NCBI GenBank assembly: GCA_902530985.1
Contig: CACACI010000001.1
Location: 3,979 to 67,978 of the forward strand
DNA length: 64,000 nucleotides
Direction: 5' to 3'
DNA from: an uncultured Alphaproteobacteria bacterium
GTDB taxonomy: Bacteria > Pseudomonadota > Alphaproteobacteria > Methylaequorales > Methylaequoraceae
Of the stretch, positions 11,945-22,076 are shown piece after piece. Under the pieces are notes generated by a model, which saw nothing but the letters and a program-made list of their open reading frames with translations, made no database searches and was not told where the DNA came from. Position 1 is the first letter of the stretch. Each line of letters begins with the position of its first letter. A program made the position numbers and the translations under genes.

Positions 11945-12781
11945 ATGTCAGTCGATGATCAGATCGCAGTTCGAAAAATAGTCAAAAAATCAGGTTCTTC
12001 TTTTTTTTGGGGAATGAATATTTTAGGCTCAGAACAGAAGCGAGCAATGTTTTCGATTTATGCATTTTGCAGAATTGTTGATGATATTGCTGATGATATT
12101 GAAAACAAAAAAATCAAAAAGGCTAAACTCAAAGAGTGGAAACAAAAAATTGCAAACCTTTTTAATTTCAAGAAACCGAATACTAGTATTGAAAAAGAAC
12201 TAAAGTTTGCCATTGATAAATTTCAGCTAGAAAGAACTGACTTTTATTCCATTATTAATGGAATGATGATGGATGCTGAAAAAGATATAAGGTTTCCTTC
12301 CAAAAAATACCTTAACCAATATTGTGATAGAGTAGCTGTTGCAGTAGGGTATTTATCAATCAAAATCTTTGGGCTAACAGAAAAACATAAAAAGTATGCA
12401 TTTTATCTTGGGAGAGCATTTCAACTTACTAATATTGTTAGAGATTTTTATGAAGATATTAGAAGAGGACGCTGTTATATTGCATCTGATTATTTATCAA
12501 AATACAACATGGACAGAAAAATTGATTCAATAATGAATGAACCAAAACTCCAAAATATTTTCCAAGATATCCTTGGTGAAGCTAATGAATATTACAAAAA
12601 ATCATCAATTGAATCCAAAGATATTAACAAAAAAAAGATTATTGCATCTGAAATAATGAAAACTTTTTACCAAGCCATTCACTCTAAAATGTTTAAAAGA
12701 AATATTCAAATTAAAAAAAGAATAAGGTTAAATTCATTTGAAAAAATTCATATACTCTTTTTGTTTTTTATAAGGTATTAA
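11945..12781 (+). CDS. hpnD: Presqualene diphosphate synthase (squalene/phytoene synthase family)
   Basis: 278 aa with IYAFCRIVDDIADD, an Asp-rich motif of the trans-isoprenyl diphosphate synthase fold. Second squalene-synthase paralog upstream of hpnE-shc. Confidence 0.8.
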   Translation: MSVDDQIAVRKIVKKSGSSFFWGMNILGSEQKRAMFSIYAFCRIVDDIADDIENKKIKKAKLKEWKQKIANLFNFKKPNTSIEKELKFAIDKFQLERTDFYSIINGMMMDAEKDIRFPSKKYLNQYCDRVAVAVGYLSIKIFGLTEKHKKYAFYLGRAFQLTNIVRDFYEDIRRGRCYIASDYLSKYNMDRKIDSIMNEPKLQNIFQDILGEANEYYKKSSIESKDINKKKIIASEIMKTFYQAIHSKMFKRNIQIKKRIRLNSFEKIHILFLFFIRY

Positions 12782-12785
12782 AGTT

Positions 12786-14015
12786 TTGAAGAATGTATTT
12801 ATAATTGGTGCTGGCTTGGCAGGATTGTCAGCTTCTGTACATGGAATAAAAAAAAAATTCAAGATTAATTTATTTGAATCATCAAATCTAGTGGGTGGAA
12901 GGTGTAGATCTTTTTTTGAAAAAAAATTAAACCAAGAAATAGATAATGGAAATCATTTGGTATTCTCTGCTAATGAGAATTTTTACGAACTATGTAAAAT
13001 AATTGGCTCTGTTGAAACAATCAAAGTATTACCACCCAACCTTCAGTTTTATGATTTAAAGAAAAATTTAAATTGGAATTTAGACCTAAGACAAATAAAT
13101 ATCACTAAATTACTTTTAGGAAAAGTTAATTTAATTCCTGAAACAAACCTTCTTGACTATTTTTCATTTTTAAAATTTATTTATGTACCCTATAAAAAAA
13201 CTGTATCTGATATTGTTGGTCAATCAAAACTCTTTCCAACCCTATGGGATCCTATTACTTTGGGTGTTATGAATACTTCAAGTCATAGCGCATCTGCGAG
13301 AGTTTTATCTAATGTTTTAAAAAAAACAGTTTTTAGAGGTGAAAAATACTGTCAAATCTACCAACCAAAAATAAATTGGAATAATACAATTATTAAACCA
13401 TGCATGGATTTCTTAATTAATAAAGGTTGTAATATAAACTTAAAAAATAGGCTAAAAAAAATAGATGTAACTGATAATTTTGTTTCCAAATTATATTTCA
13501 ATGATCAAGAAATAATTATTCATAAGAAAGACCTTGTTATACTTGCAATACCTCCATCAAATTTTTCTAAATTCTTTCACGGGTGCAAAGTCCCTGAAGA
13601 TTATAATTCTATTATAAATATTCATTATAAGATGCCTAAAAAGATTAATAAAGAGTTTGCCAATGAAATAGTGGGTCTCTTAAATTCTTATTCTCAGTGG
13701 TTATTTATTAAAAAAAACTATTTGTCTGTAACTATTAGTAATGCAAATTATTTTAATAATATTGATTCTGATGAAATTGCAAATATTATATGGAAAGAAA
13801 TTTGTTGTTATATGAAAATAAATTCTCCAATCCCAGATTATCAAGTTGTAAAAGAAAAAAAAGCAACCGTTGTTCAGTCTCCACGAAACTTTGAACTAGC
13901 TAAAAAATTAAATCATCTTCCAATCAATCTTGTAATTTCTGGGGATTGGACTCAAAGTGATCTGCCTAGCACAATTGAGGGTTCAATATTATCAGGTAAG
14001 AGAGCAATAAATTGA
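12786..14015 (+). CDS. hpnE: Squalene-associated FAD-dependent desaturase (hydroxysqualene dehydroxylase)
   Basis: 409 aa with an N-terminal Rossmann motif (IIGAGLAGLSAS) of the amine oxidase/phytoene desaturase family, located between hpnD and shc. Confidence 0.78.
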   Translation: MKNVFIIGAGLAGLSASVHGIKKKFKINLFESSNLVGGRCRSFFEKKLNQEIDNGNHLVFSANENFYELCKIIGSVETIKVLPPNLQFYDLKKNLNWNLDLRQINITKLLLGKVNLIPETNLLDYFSFLKFIYVPYKKTVSDIVGQSKLFPTLWDPITLGVMNTSSHSASARVLSNVLKKTVFRGEKYCQIYQPKINWNNTIIKPCMDFLINKGCNINLKNRLKKIDVTDNFVSKLYFNDQEIIIHKKDLVILAIPPSNFSKFFHGCKVPEDYNSIINIHYKMPKKINKEFANEIVGLLNSYSQWLFIKKNYLSVTISNANYFNNIDSDEIANIIWKEICCYMKINSPIPDYQVVKEKKATVVQSPRNFELAKKLNHLPINLVISGDWTQSDLPSTIEGSILSGKRAIN

Positions 14016-14032
14016 GGATAGAGAAATTTTAG

Positions 14033-15943
14033 ATGGAAAATTTGAAAACTATAATAAATTCTAGTCATAAGAGATTCAAACAACTTTTGAAAAGTCAAAA
14101 TAAAAAAAAGTTGAAAGAAGGATGTTATGTATATGAGTTAGAAGCAGATTCAACAATACCGTCTGAATATATTCTTTTAATGCATTATTTGGGTGAAATT
14201 GACATTAAACTTCAAGAAAAAATTGTAAAATACCTTTTGAGCAAACAGAACAAAGAAGGTGGGTGGCCTCTTTTTTTTGACGGAGAGTCTGATCTAAGCG
14301 CATCAATTAAAACATATTATGCATTAAAACTCTCTGGTTTAAGTGAAAAATCAAAATTTATGATCAAAGCTAGAAAATGTATATTAAATTTGGGAGGAAT
14401 AGAAAAAGCTAATGTATTTACCAAAATATCTTTAGCACTATTTAATCAGATTTCATGGGATTCTATTCCCTTTATGCCAATTGAAATAATGAAGTTCCCT
14501 AATTGGTTTCCATTTAATATTTATAAAATATCTTATTGGTCCAGAACTGTAATTGTCCCTCTTTTAGTAATAATGAATAGAAAACCCATTGCTTCTAATC
14601 CAAATAAAATCTCAATAACAGAGCTTCTAATCAACCCTAATAATCGTTCACAAAAAATAAAATTACTTTCTGATAATAATTTTTTTTCTAAGTTGTTTAT
14701 ATATATAGATGATATTGGAAGGAAAGTTTTTACCCTTTTTACAAAAAAATATAAAAATCATTGTGAGAGACTTGCTATTGAGTGGACAATTAAAAGGCTT
14801 AATGGCACAGATGGTTTAGGAGGAATATTTCCTGCGATGGTTAATTGTTTAATTGCTCTACAAACTTACGACAAACAAAAATACTCCAAAGAAATTTTAA
14901 TTGCTAAAAAGGCAATTGACAAATTGATTATTGAAAAGAAAGAATATGCTTATTGTCAGCCTTGTTTTTCCCCAGTCTGGGATTCTGGCTGGATGGGAAT
15001 TATTAATATAGAGAATGGGGTCAAAGTTGATGACCTTGTGGAATGGTTTTTAAAAAAAGAAATAAAAGTTAAAGGAGATTGGTCTTATAATAAAAAAGAT
15101 ATCACTCCAGGTGGATGGGCATTTCAATTTAATAATGATTTTTATCCTGATGTTGACGACACGGCTCTGGTAGGTATGTTTTTAGATAGGTACAATCGAA
15201 CTAAAAAGAATGAACGGGTTAAACTTGCAATTGAACGCACTAGAGAGTGGATTGTATCAATGCAATCAGAAAATGGAGGATGGGGAGCTTTTGATATTGA
15301 CAATACACATTATATGCTTAATTCCATTCCATTTGCTGACCATGGAGCTCTTCTTGATCCACCAACAGCTGATGTGTCTGCTAGATGCCTTAGTTTTTTA
15401 AAACAATTAAATGATCATAGAGACAAAGATTGTATTAATAGAGCACTAAACTTTTTGATATCTGAACAAGAAAATGATGGTAGCTGGTATGGAAGATGGG
15501 GTACTAACTATATTTATGGAACTTGGTCTGTCTTATCTGCTTTGAACTTAGTTGATTTTAAAAATAAAGAATTGATAGTTGGCAAAGCCATAAGTTATTT
15601 AAATAATATGCAAAGAACTGATGGAGGATGGGGTGAAGACGGTAAGTCTTATTATAAAGGTTTCGAAAATATATCAAAAAAAAGCACCCCATCACAAACT
15701 GCATGGGCTTTGATGGGTCTTTTAGCTTCTGGCCAAATAAATAGTCGTGAGGTTGAAAAAGGACTGAAGTTTCTCACAAATAAAAAAATTAAATTTGAAG
15801 AAGAGTTTTATACAGCTGTAGGATTTCCAAGAGTATTTTATTTAAAATATCATGGATATTCTGAATATTTTCCTCTATTGGCAATTTCAAAAATCACAAA
15901 TCAATTAAAAAAGAATTCAGTTTATCCAATACATGGAACATAA
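14033..15943 (+). CDS. shc: Squalene-hopene cyclase
   Basis: 636 aa with the DVDDTA catalytic motif and repeated QW motifs (GGWGA/GGWGE) of terpene cyclases. Confidence 0.92.
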   Translation: MENLKTIINSSHKRFKQLLKSQNKKKLKEGCYVYELEADSTIPSEYILLMHYLGEIDIKLQEKIVKYLLSKQNKEGGWPLFFDGESDLSASIKTYYALKLSGLSEKSKFMIKARKCILNLGGIEKANVFTKISLALFNQISWDSIPFMPIEIMKFPNWFPFNIYKISYWSRTVIVPLLVIMNRKPIASNPNKISITELLINPNNRSQKIKLLSDNNFFSKLFIYIDDIGRKVFTLFTKKYKNHCERLAIEWTIKRLNGTDGLGGIFPAMVNCLIALQTYDKQKYSKEILIAKKAIDKLIIEKKEYAYCQPCFSPVWDSGWMGIINIENGVKVDDLVEWFLKKEIKVKGDWSYNKKDITPGGWAFQFNNDFYPDVDDTALVGMFLDRYNRTKKNERVKLAIERTREWIVSMQSENGGWGAFDIDNTHYMLNSIPFADHGALLDPPTADVSARCLSFLKQLNDHRDKDCINRALNFLISEQENDGSWYGRWGTNYIYGTWSVLSALNLVDFKNKELIVGKAISYLNNMQRTDGGWGEDGKSYYKGFENISKKSTPSQTAWALMGLLASGQINSREVEKGLKFLTNKKIKFEEEFYTAVGFPRVFYLKYHGYSEYFPLLAISKITNQLKKNSVYPIHGT

Positions 15944-16607
15944 AATACGTAAAAAAAGAATTGGTGTTATTTTTGGTTTAAAAAAAGAAATGGATTTATT
16001 CTTTGTTAATGAGAATAATATTTTTTTTGATTACGGATATGGAAAATCATCTAAACTAACTGCCCATAAACTAATTGAGAAAAATGTAGATATTGTTTTT
16101 AATTTTGGTTTTGCTGGATCTATTTCTAATAAAATTAAGAACGGTGACATAGTTTTGATTGATAAAATCTACAATCTGAAAAAAAGAAAAGACGCGTGCG
16201 ATGCCTTACCAGATTTTTTTCTAAAAAAATTACAAAGATTTAGATTTATAAAATCAAATCTGCTTACTGTAAATAAAATTATAACTGAAAAAAAAGAAAA
16301 ACTTCAACTTTCCAATAAGTATGAACAGGTATCAGTCATAGATATGGAAGGCTATTTCATTATGAAAGAGTTATTAAAAAAAAAAATTCCTTTTGTTTCT
16401 TTGAAAGTAATTTTTGATGACCTTTCATTTGATATACCATCCTACCTCAGCAATTGTGTAAATGAAAAGGGTGATCTAAGTATAATTAATCTATTAATTA
16501 AAATTTCTTTAAAACCTCAGAGGGTAAAGACCTTGTTAAAACTTCAAAATAAATACATTACTAGTAGGAAAATATTGGCAATGTTGATTAATAATTTATT
16601 AACTTAA
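15933..16607 (+). CDS. hpnG: Hopanoid-associated nucleosidase/phosphorylase (MTA/SAH nucleosidase fold)
   Basis: 224 aa. N-terminal RIGVIFGLKKE and an internal VIDMEGY resemble the PNP/MTAN family. Sits between shc and hpnH as in characterised hpn clusters. Confidence 0.55.
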   Translation: MEHKIRKKRIGVIFGLKKEMDLFFVNENNIFFDYGYGKSSKLTAHKLIEKNVDIVFNFGFAGSISNKIKNGDIVLIDKIYNLKKRKDACDALPDFFLKKLQRFRFIKSNLLTVNKIITEKKEKLQLSNKYEQVSVIDMEGYFIMKELLKKKIPFVSLKVIFDDLSFDIPSYLSNCVNEKGDLSIINLLIKISLKPQRVKTLLKLQNKYITSRKILAMLINNLLT

Positions 16608-17735
16608 TTGTTCTTCTTCTTTTTCACGATGAATATCGTTTAACATTTTTTGAACGTGCCCATCAAAAACAAAATCAGGGTCTCTTGATTTTGAGAGGTC
16701 AATTTCTTCTGCCATAGCACCCTTTGTTTTTGGGCCATTAAAAAAAACACCCATAGCTTTTAAGGGATTTTTAAAAGTATCTTCAACTGCCGAGGCTTCA
16801 TATCCGCAATGCGCCATACAATCTGAGCACTTGTCATAGTTACCAGTTCCATACTTATCCCAATCAGTATCATTCATTAGTTCTTTAAATGTTTTAACAT
16901 ATCCTTCTCCAATTAAATAACATGGTTTTTGCCAACCAAAAATATTTCTGGTTGGATTGCCCCAAGGTGTACAGTGGTAGGATTGATTACCAGCTAAAAA
17001 ATCTAAATAAAGACCTGAATGACTGAAATCCCAATTTTTAAAATTTTCAGATTTGAACAACTTTCTGAAGAAGTTTTTGGTATTTGACCTTTTGATAAAG
17101 TGAGCCTGATCTGGTGCTCTTTCATAGGCAAAACCTGGTGAAATGGTTATGCCATCTACTTTTAAATCCTTAGTTACAAAATCAAGAAAGTATTTCATAC
17201 TTTCATCTTCTGCATAATCAAATATGGTACAGTTAATATTGCAACGAAACCCCATTGATTTAGCTTTTTTGATAGCTGAAACACATCTATCAAAAACTCC
17301 TTCTTGACATACTGATTTGTCATGCTCATCCTTTAGACCATCAAGATGAACAGACCATGTGAAGTATGGTGTAGGTTTATAATCTGATAATTTTTTTTCC
17401 ATGAGAAGTGCATTTGTACATAAATAAACAAATTTTTTCCTTTTTATTAATTCTTCAACAATTTCTGGCATTTCTTTATGGATCAAAGGTTCACCTCCTG
17501 GGATAGAGATTATAGGTGCCCCGCATTCTTCTGCTGATTTAATACAATCTTCAACTGACATTCTCTGATTGAGAATTTCTTGAGGGTAATCAATCTTTCC
17601 ACAGCCTGCGCAAGCAAGATTACATCTAAATAAAGGCTCTAGCATCAAAACAAGTGGATATTTTTGTCTGCCTAGGATCTTCTGTTTTAATATATAACCA
17701 CCTACTCTAATTTGTTGTATTAATGGAATGCTCAT
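16599..17735 (-). CDS. hpnH: Radical SAM adenosylhopane synthase
   Basis: 378 aa with a CNLACAGC radical-SAM cluster motif. Convergent with hpnG, overlapping by 9 bp. Confidence 0.85.
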   Translation of the reverse strand: MSIPLIQQIRVGGYILKQKILGRQKYPLVLMLEPLFRCNLACAGCGKIDYPQEILNQRMSVEDCIKSAEECGAPIISIPGGEPLIHKEMPEIVEELIKRKKFVYLCTNALLMEKKLSDYKPTPYFTWSVHLDGLKDEHDKSVCQEGVFDRCVSAIKKAKSMGFRCNINCTIFDYAEDESMKYFLDFVTKDLKVDGITISPGFAYERAPDQAHFIKRSNTKNFFRKLFKSENFKNWDFSHSGLYLDFLAGNQSYHCTPWGNPTRNIFGWQKPCYLIGEGYVKTFKELMNDTDWDKYGTGNYDKCSDCMAHCGYEASAVEDTFKNPLKAMGVFFNGPKTKGAMAEEIDLSKSRDPDFVFDGHVQKMLNDIHREKEEEQLS

Positions 17736-17773
17736 AGGATTATTTCTAGATCAATTTTTTCATTATGTAAAGA

Positions 17774-18742
17774 CTAATGTGCAGCCTCTATGTTGGTTAA
17801 TTCTCTTGGTAATTTAAATACAATATTTTCTTCGATACCCGGTCTTTTTTCAATTTTTATTTCTCTGAAAGTTGAGATTCTATTTATAACTTCTTTTACA
17901 AGTTCATCAGGTGTCGAAGCTCCAGAGGAAATGCCAATAGATTCAACATTGTCAAACCATTTACTATCAAGATCATCTGCAGTTTCAATGAGATAAGTAT
18001 CAACACCAGACTCTTCCCCTAAATCTCTAAGTCTATTAGAGTTAGAACTATTTTTTGCACCTACAACTAAAATTAGATTTACATGGTCAACCAAATCTCT
18101 TACTGCAGATTGTCTATTTTGAGTAGCATAGCAAATATCTTTCACATCTGGTCCTTCAATTAGAGGAAATCTTTTCTTCAAAGCTTCTATTACCACTTTA
18201 GTATCGTCTACAGACAGAGTTGTTTGACTAATATAGGAGATTTTTTTTGGATTCTTAACCTTTAGTTTAAATACATCATCAGTGTTTGAAACTAAATATA
18301 CATCACCAGATATTCTTCCCATTGTACCCTCAACTTCAGGATGCCCCTCGTGACCAATAAGTATTACTTCATAGCCTTTTGCTGAATATCGTTGTCCTTC
18401 TCTATGAACTTTTGCGACTAAAGGGCATGTTGCATCAAGAATTGGGAGTTTTCTATCTTTTGCGGTATCCTCAATTTTCTGAGCAACACCATGTGCACTA
18501 AATACTGTAACTGCACCAGCAGGTATTTGGTCTAATTCTTGAACAAAAATAGCACCTTTTGAACTTAGATTATTTACTACTCTTTTATTATGAACTATCT
18601 CATGTCTTACATAAACAGGAGGTCCATAAATCTTTAGAGCTCTTTCAACTATTTCAATTGCTCTTTCAACTCCAGCACAAAAACCTCTTGGTTGAGCAAG
18701 AAATACTTTTAGTGGTTTTAGTACTTGTTTTGTGATGTTCAT
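17774..18742 (-). CDS. ispH: 4-hydroxy-3-methylbut-2-enyl diphosphate reductase
   Basis: 322 aa with conserved GFCAGVERAI and three Cys ligands. LytB family. Confidence 0.92.
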   Translation of the reverse strand: MNITKQVLKPLKVFLAQPRGFCAGVERAIEIVERALKIYGPPVYVRHEIVHNKRVVNNLSSKGAIFVQELDQIPAGAVTVFSAHGVAQKIEDTAKDRKLPILDATCPLVAKVHREGQRYSAKGYEVILIGHEGHPEVEGTMGRISGDVYLVSNTDDVFKLKVKNPKKISYISQTTLSVDDTKVVIEALKKRFPLIEGPDVKDICYATQNRQSAVRDLVDHVNLILVVGAKNSSNSNRLRDLGEESGVDTYLIETADDLDSKWFDNVESIGISSGASTPDELVKEVINRISTFREIKIEKRPGIEENIVFKLPRELTNIEAAH

Positions 18743-18743
18743 T

Positions 18744-19730
18744 TTAAAAACCTTTAAACCAATTAACTGAATCTTTTATAGCATTTTTAAATGATCTAGG
18801 TCTATAATGAAGTTTATTTTTTGCTTTTTCTGATGAAAAGAACATTTTTTTTTGTGACATTTTTAATCCTTCAACAGTTAATGAAGGGTTCTTATTTATA
18901 AAAAATTTATATAAAAATTCATTGATATAAGCAAATGGTAAAAGGTATTTGGGGTTAAGCTCAATATTAACTTTAGATTTTTCACCATATTCAGAAATAT
19001 AATCCAGAAAATCTTTGAAATTTAAATTTTCACCACCTAATATATATTTTTCTCCTAGCTCACCATATTTTAATGCAAGGAAATGACCTTCAGCAACATC
19101 ATCAACATGAACTATATTTAATCCCGTATCAACATATGCTGGCATTTTATTGTTCAATACGTCATAAATAATTCTCCCAGTTGGTGTTGGTTTTAAATCT
19201 CCTGGTCCAATTGGTGTAGAGGGGTTGACAATTATGGCTTTCATCTTTTTTTTACTATAGAACCCTAAAACTATCTTTTCAGCTAGATATTTTGACCTCT
19301 TATAGTGTCCGATCATGTCACTAAAACTTACAGGAGTATTTTCATCAGATACATTATTTGGGTTGATTCCAAGAGTTGCAACACTTGATGTATAAATAAG
19401 AGTTTTTTTTAATTCTAAAACTTTTAAACAAATATTTTCTGTTCCTCTAACATTTGAATCATAAAGTTCTTTAGGAACTCTTGTCCATAATCTGTAATCT
19501 GCAGCCACATGAAATATAATATCCGAATTTGCGATTGGAGATTCTAAACTATCTAAATTTCTTAGATCTCCATAGTAGAATTTAATATTAGATTTAATTT
19601 GCTCTAAATTCCTTATATCTGTATTTTCTCTAACTAAAACATTTACTTTATATTTTTTTTTCAGTGCTAGTTTAACTAATGAAGAACCTAGAAAGCCATT
19701 TGCACCAGTAATTAGAATTTTTCTATTCAT
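18744..19730 (-). CDS. hpnA: NAD-dependent epimerase/dehydratase, hopanoid-associated sugar epimerase
   Basis: 328 aa. N-terminal ITGANGFLGSSL Rossmann motif. Abuts ispH-hpnH in the operon. Confidence 0.72.
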   Translation of the reverse strand: MNRKILITGANGFLGSSLVKLALKKKYKVNVLVRENTDIRNLEQIKSNIKFYYGDLRNLDSLESPIANSDIIFHVAADYRLWTRVPKELYDSNVRGTENICLKVLELKKTLIYTSSVATLGINPNNVSDENTPVSFSDMIGHYKRSKYLAEKIVLGFYSKKKMKAIIVNPSTPIGPGDLKPTPTGRIIYDVLNNKMPAYVDTGLNIVHVDDVAEGHFLALKYGELGEKYILGGENLNFKDFLDYISEYGEKSKVNIELNPKYLLPFAYINEFLYKFFINKNPSLTVEGLKMSQKKMFFSSEKAKNKLHYRPRSFKNAIKDSVNWFKGF

Positions 19731-19767
19731 TTTTTTTTTTTAGATTGTTTGTGTTATAAAATAGTAA

Positions 19768-20382
19768 ATGAAAATTTTATTTTCCAATATTTTTAAAAAT
19801 AATTACTTGATTTTTTTTGTTTTTGTTTTTCTTACTTTTCTAAATTTAATTTCAAAAGTTGAGTCTGAGCCTATAATCATAGAAAAATTAAATACACTTC
19901 ACAATGCTTTATCAAAAATAAGTAATCAAGAAGTTAATTCTGATTCCTTCAAGTTTTTTCTGAAAATTATAAAAAAAACCTATGACTCAGAAAAAATGTC
20001 TAAAATGATTTTAGGTAAAAATTGGGTGAAATTAAACGAAGCTAAAAAAAAAAGATTTATTGATGTTTTTGAAAAATATATGACAGTAAATTATCTTAGA
20101 CAATTTAGTAAAATCACAAAACTAAAGTTTGAAAACAAAAAAACAGAAAAAATAGGAGAAAAGTTTAGATTATCACAAGTAAATCTAATATTTGGAGCAG
20201 AAGAAAAAATAAAATTAAATTATTTGCTTCATAATAAGAATGAGAAGTGGAGAATATTCGATGTTTTAATAGATGGCTCAATTAGTAAAATAGCAACTAA
20301 AAAATCTGAATTTAATCAAATAATTAAGGATAAAGGCATTGACCAATTAATCTCGATATTAGACCAAAGAAGTAAAGTCTAA
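19768..20382 (+). CDS. hpnM: MlaC/Ttg2D-family periplasmic lipid-binding protein (HpnM-like)
   Basis: 204 aa with a signal peptide. Size and composition match the toluene-tolerance Ttg2D family found in hopanoid clusters as hpnM. Confidence 0.5.
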   Translation: MKILFSNIFKNNYLIFFVFVFLTFLNLISKVESEPIIIEKLNTLHNALSKISNQEVNSDSFKFFLKIIKKTYDSEKMSKMILGKNWVKLNEAKKKRFIDVFEKYMTVNYLRQFSKITKLKFENKKTEKIGEKFRLSQVNLIFGAEEKIKLNYLLHNKNEKWRIFDVLIDGSISKIATKKSEFNQIIKDKGIDQLISILDQRSKV

Positions 20383-21195
20383 TTATTCTTTTATAAATAA
20401 TTCTCCAACTTCGTCAATCTTGCTGTCTATACAAAATCTTTTTAGCTTAACATCTTTATCAAAAAACTTAATTCCGTGTTTTTTTAAAAAATAATTATAT
20501 AGTAGGCCAAAAAATGAATCTGACAAACCACCACTTTCTTTAAAACACTTATTAGAATATGATTTTCGATTTAAAAAGATAGTTCCTCTTTTCATGCCAA
20601 GACCTAAACTTTCACCAACATTTTTTTTAAGTATAACTGTACCTGCAACCATATTATTACAAGAGAAATTCCCAGCATCGCTATTCACATAAATTATTCC
20701 CCTTCTCATGTTTAAACCTAAATAATCTTTTGCTTCACCATAAATGATAATTGTTCCACCTGACATTCCCCCCTTACCTCCTGGGAGTGAGGCGCCAACA
20801 AAATCCGATACATTAAATTTAATAAATATAGTTCCATTTTTCATTTCTGAGCCAACATGATTTTCAGCTGAACCATTAACAAAAATTTTCCCTCCTTCCA
20901 TTTTAGCCCCAAGGAATGAACCCACATTTGAATTAATTCTCAGAATATTTTTTTTCCATTTCCAACCAAGATAATTACAATATTTATTCAAACCACGAAA
21001 TACTAATTCACATTCTTTTTTTTTTATATCTTCAAATTTTAAATCAAATAAATCTTTAAGTTTTTTTTCTCGGTTTTGGTAAAGAATTTTGATTGAATTA
21101 ATTGAGTTTTTTTTTCCAAAATCTATATTACTCAAATTCCTGAGATCTAATTCAGATTGAATTTTAATTTTTGGTTGTAGAAGAATTCTTTTCAT
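20383..21195 (-). CDS. fhcC: Formyltransferase/hydrolase complex subunit C (FwdC-like beta-helix)
   Basis: 270 aa with tandem G-x-x-G-x-x-M/L repeats (GSAENHVGSEMKNGTI ... GASLPGGKGGMSGGTI ...) characteristic of FwdC/GltB-C-terminal domains. Confidence 0.78.
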   Translation of the reverse strand: MKRILLQPKIKIQSELDLRNLSNIDFGKKNSINSIKILYQNREKKLKDLFDLKFEDIKKKECELVFRGLNKYCNYLGWKWKKNILRINSNVGSFLGAKMEGGKIFVNGSAENHVGSEMKNGTIFIKFNVSDFVGASLPGGKGGMSGGTIIIYGEAKDYLGLNMRRGIIYVNSDAGNFSCNNMVAGTVILKKNVGESLGLGMKRGTIFLNRKSYSNKCFKESGGLSDSFFGLLYNYFLKKHGIKFFDKDVKLKRFCIDSKIDEVGELFIKE

Positions 21196-22076
21196 GCAAT
21201 CACAGATTTTAATTTAAACAAATATGGGCCTAATTTTCCTCCATAGTTTCCTGCGGATATTCTATTAATGCCTGTTAATGATTTTGTACGTAAAATTTCT
21301 AAAATTCCTACTTTCATTGCTAATTCTACATCTTCTTTTTTTATACCATCAATAACAATTTCTAGAACACAAGCAATTTTTTTATCTAATTTTGATTTCA
21401 CCATGCCTTTTAAAGTTGGACAATATTCAAAATTTGTTGAAGCTATTAGATTCTTGTATTTCGAACCAACTTTAGAACCAGATCTAACAATACCTCCTGG
21501 AAAGGGTAAAATAACACTTTTCAGCTTGTTGATTTTATTCACTGCTAATTCAGCTGCTTTAAGAACATTTGCAATATCTTCACCTAAAATAAGAAAGTTT
21601 CCTCCCCCTATTCCTTTCATTTGATATGCAAAATCTTCACAAATAAACTCGCCATCCATCACGGGTATTCTCCAATATCTTTTTTCATCAATCATTTTTG
21701 AAATTTGAAAACCATCACCAAAATACCTAAGTGCATTTCCGAGTGGGATCTTTTCTTCCCCTGAATTACCTGAAAATACTGCAGAGGTTGGACTAGTCAT
21801 AATACATTGACCGGTTCTATTTAAGATTTGTTTAGCTAATTCTTTAGAAGACATTGAAAAAACTAATACTGAAACCCCAGGTCTTCCATCCGGTGTTTGA
21901 TCTGCGGTCAAGTTTGACTCTATGCCTGCTTCACAGCCGCAAGCTATTACTGAAGTAGCAAATCCACAAAATGATTCTGCAGCTTTTATAGCCCAGCTCT
22001 GGTTATATGCTGTAATTATTAATCTAGACGCTTTCATTGAAAAAGCTTCTGCAAAAGTATCTTCTACTTTAATCAT
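21192..22076 (-). CDS. fhcD: Formylmethanofuran:H4MPT formyltransferase (Ftr family, FhcD)
   Basis: 294 aa of Ftr length and composition. Lies between fhcB-like and fhcC-like genes with overlapping stop/start codons. Confidence 0.75.
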   Translation of the reverse strand: MIKVEDTFAEAFSMKASRLIITAYNQSWAIKAAESFCGFATSVIACGCEAGIESNLTADQTPDGRPGVSVLVFSMSSKELAKQILNRTGQCIMTSPTSAVFSGNSGEEKIPLGNALRYFGDGFQISKMIDEKRYWRIPVMDGEFICEDFAYQMKGIGGGNFLILGEDIANVLKAAELAVNKINKLKSVILPFPGGIVRSGSKVGSKYKNLIASTNFEYCPTLKGMVKSKLDKKIACVLEIVIDGIKKEDVELAMKVGILEILRTKSLTGINRISAGNYGGKLGPYLFKLKSVIA

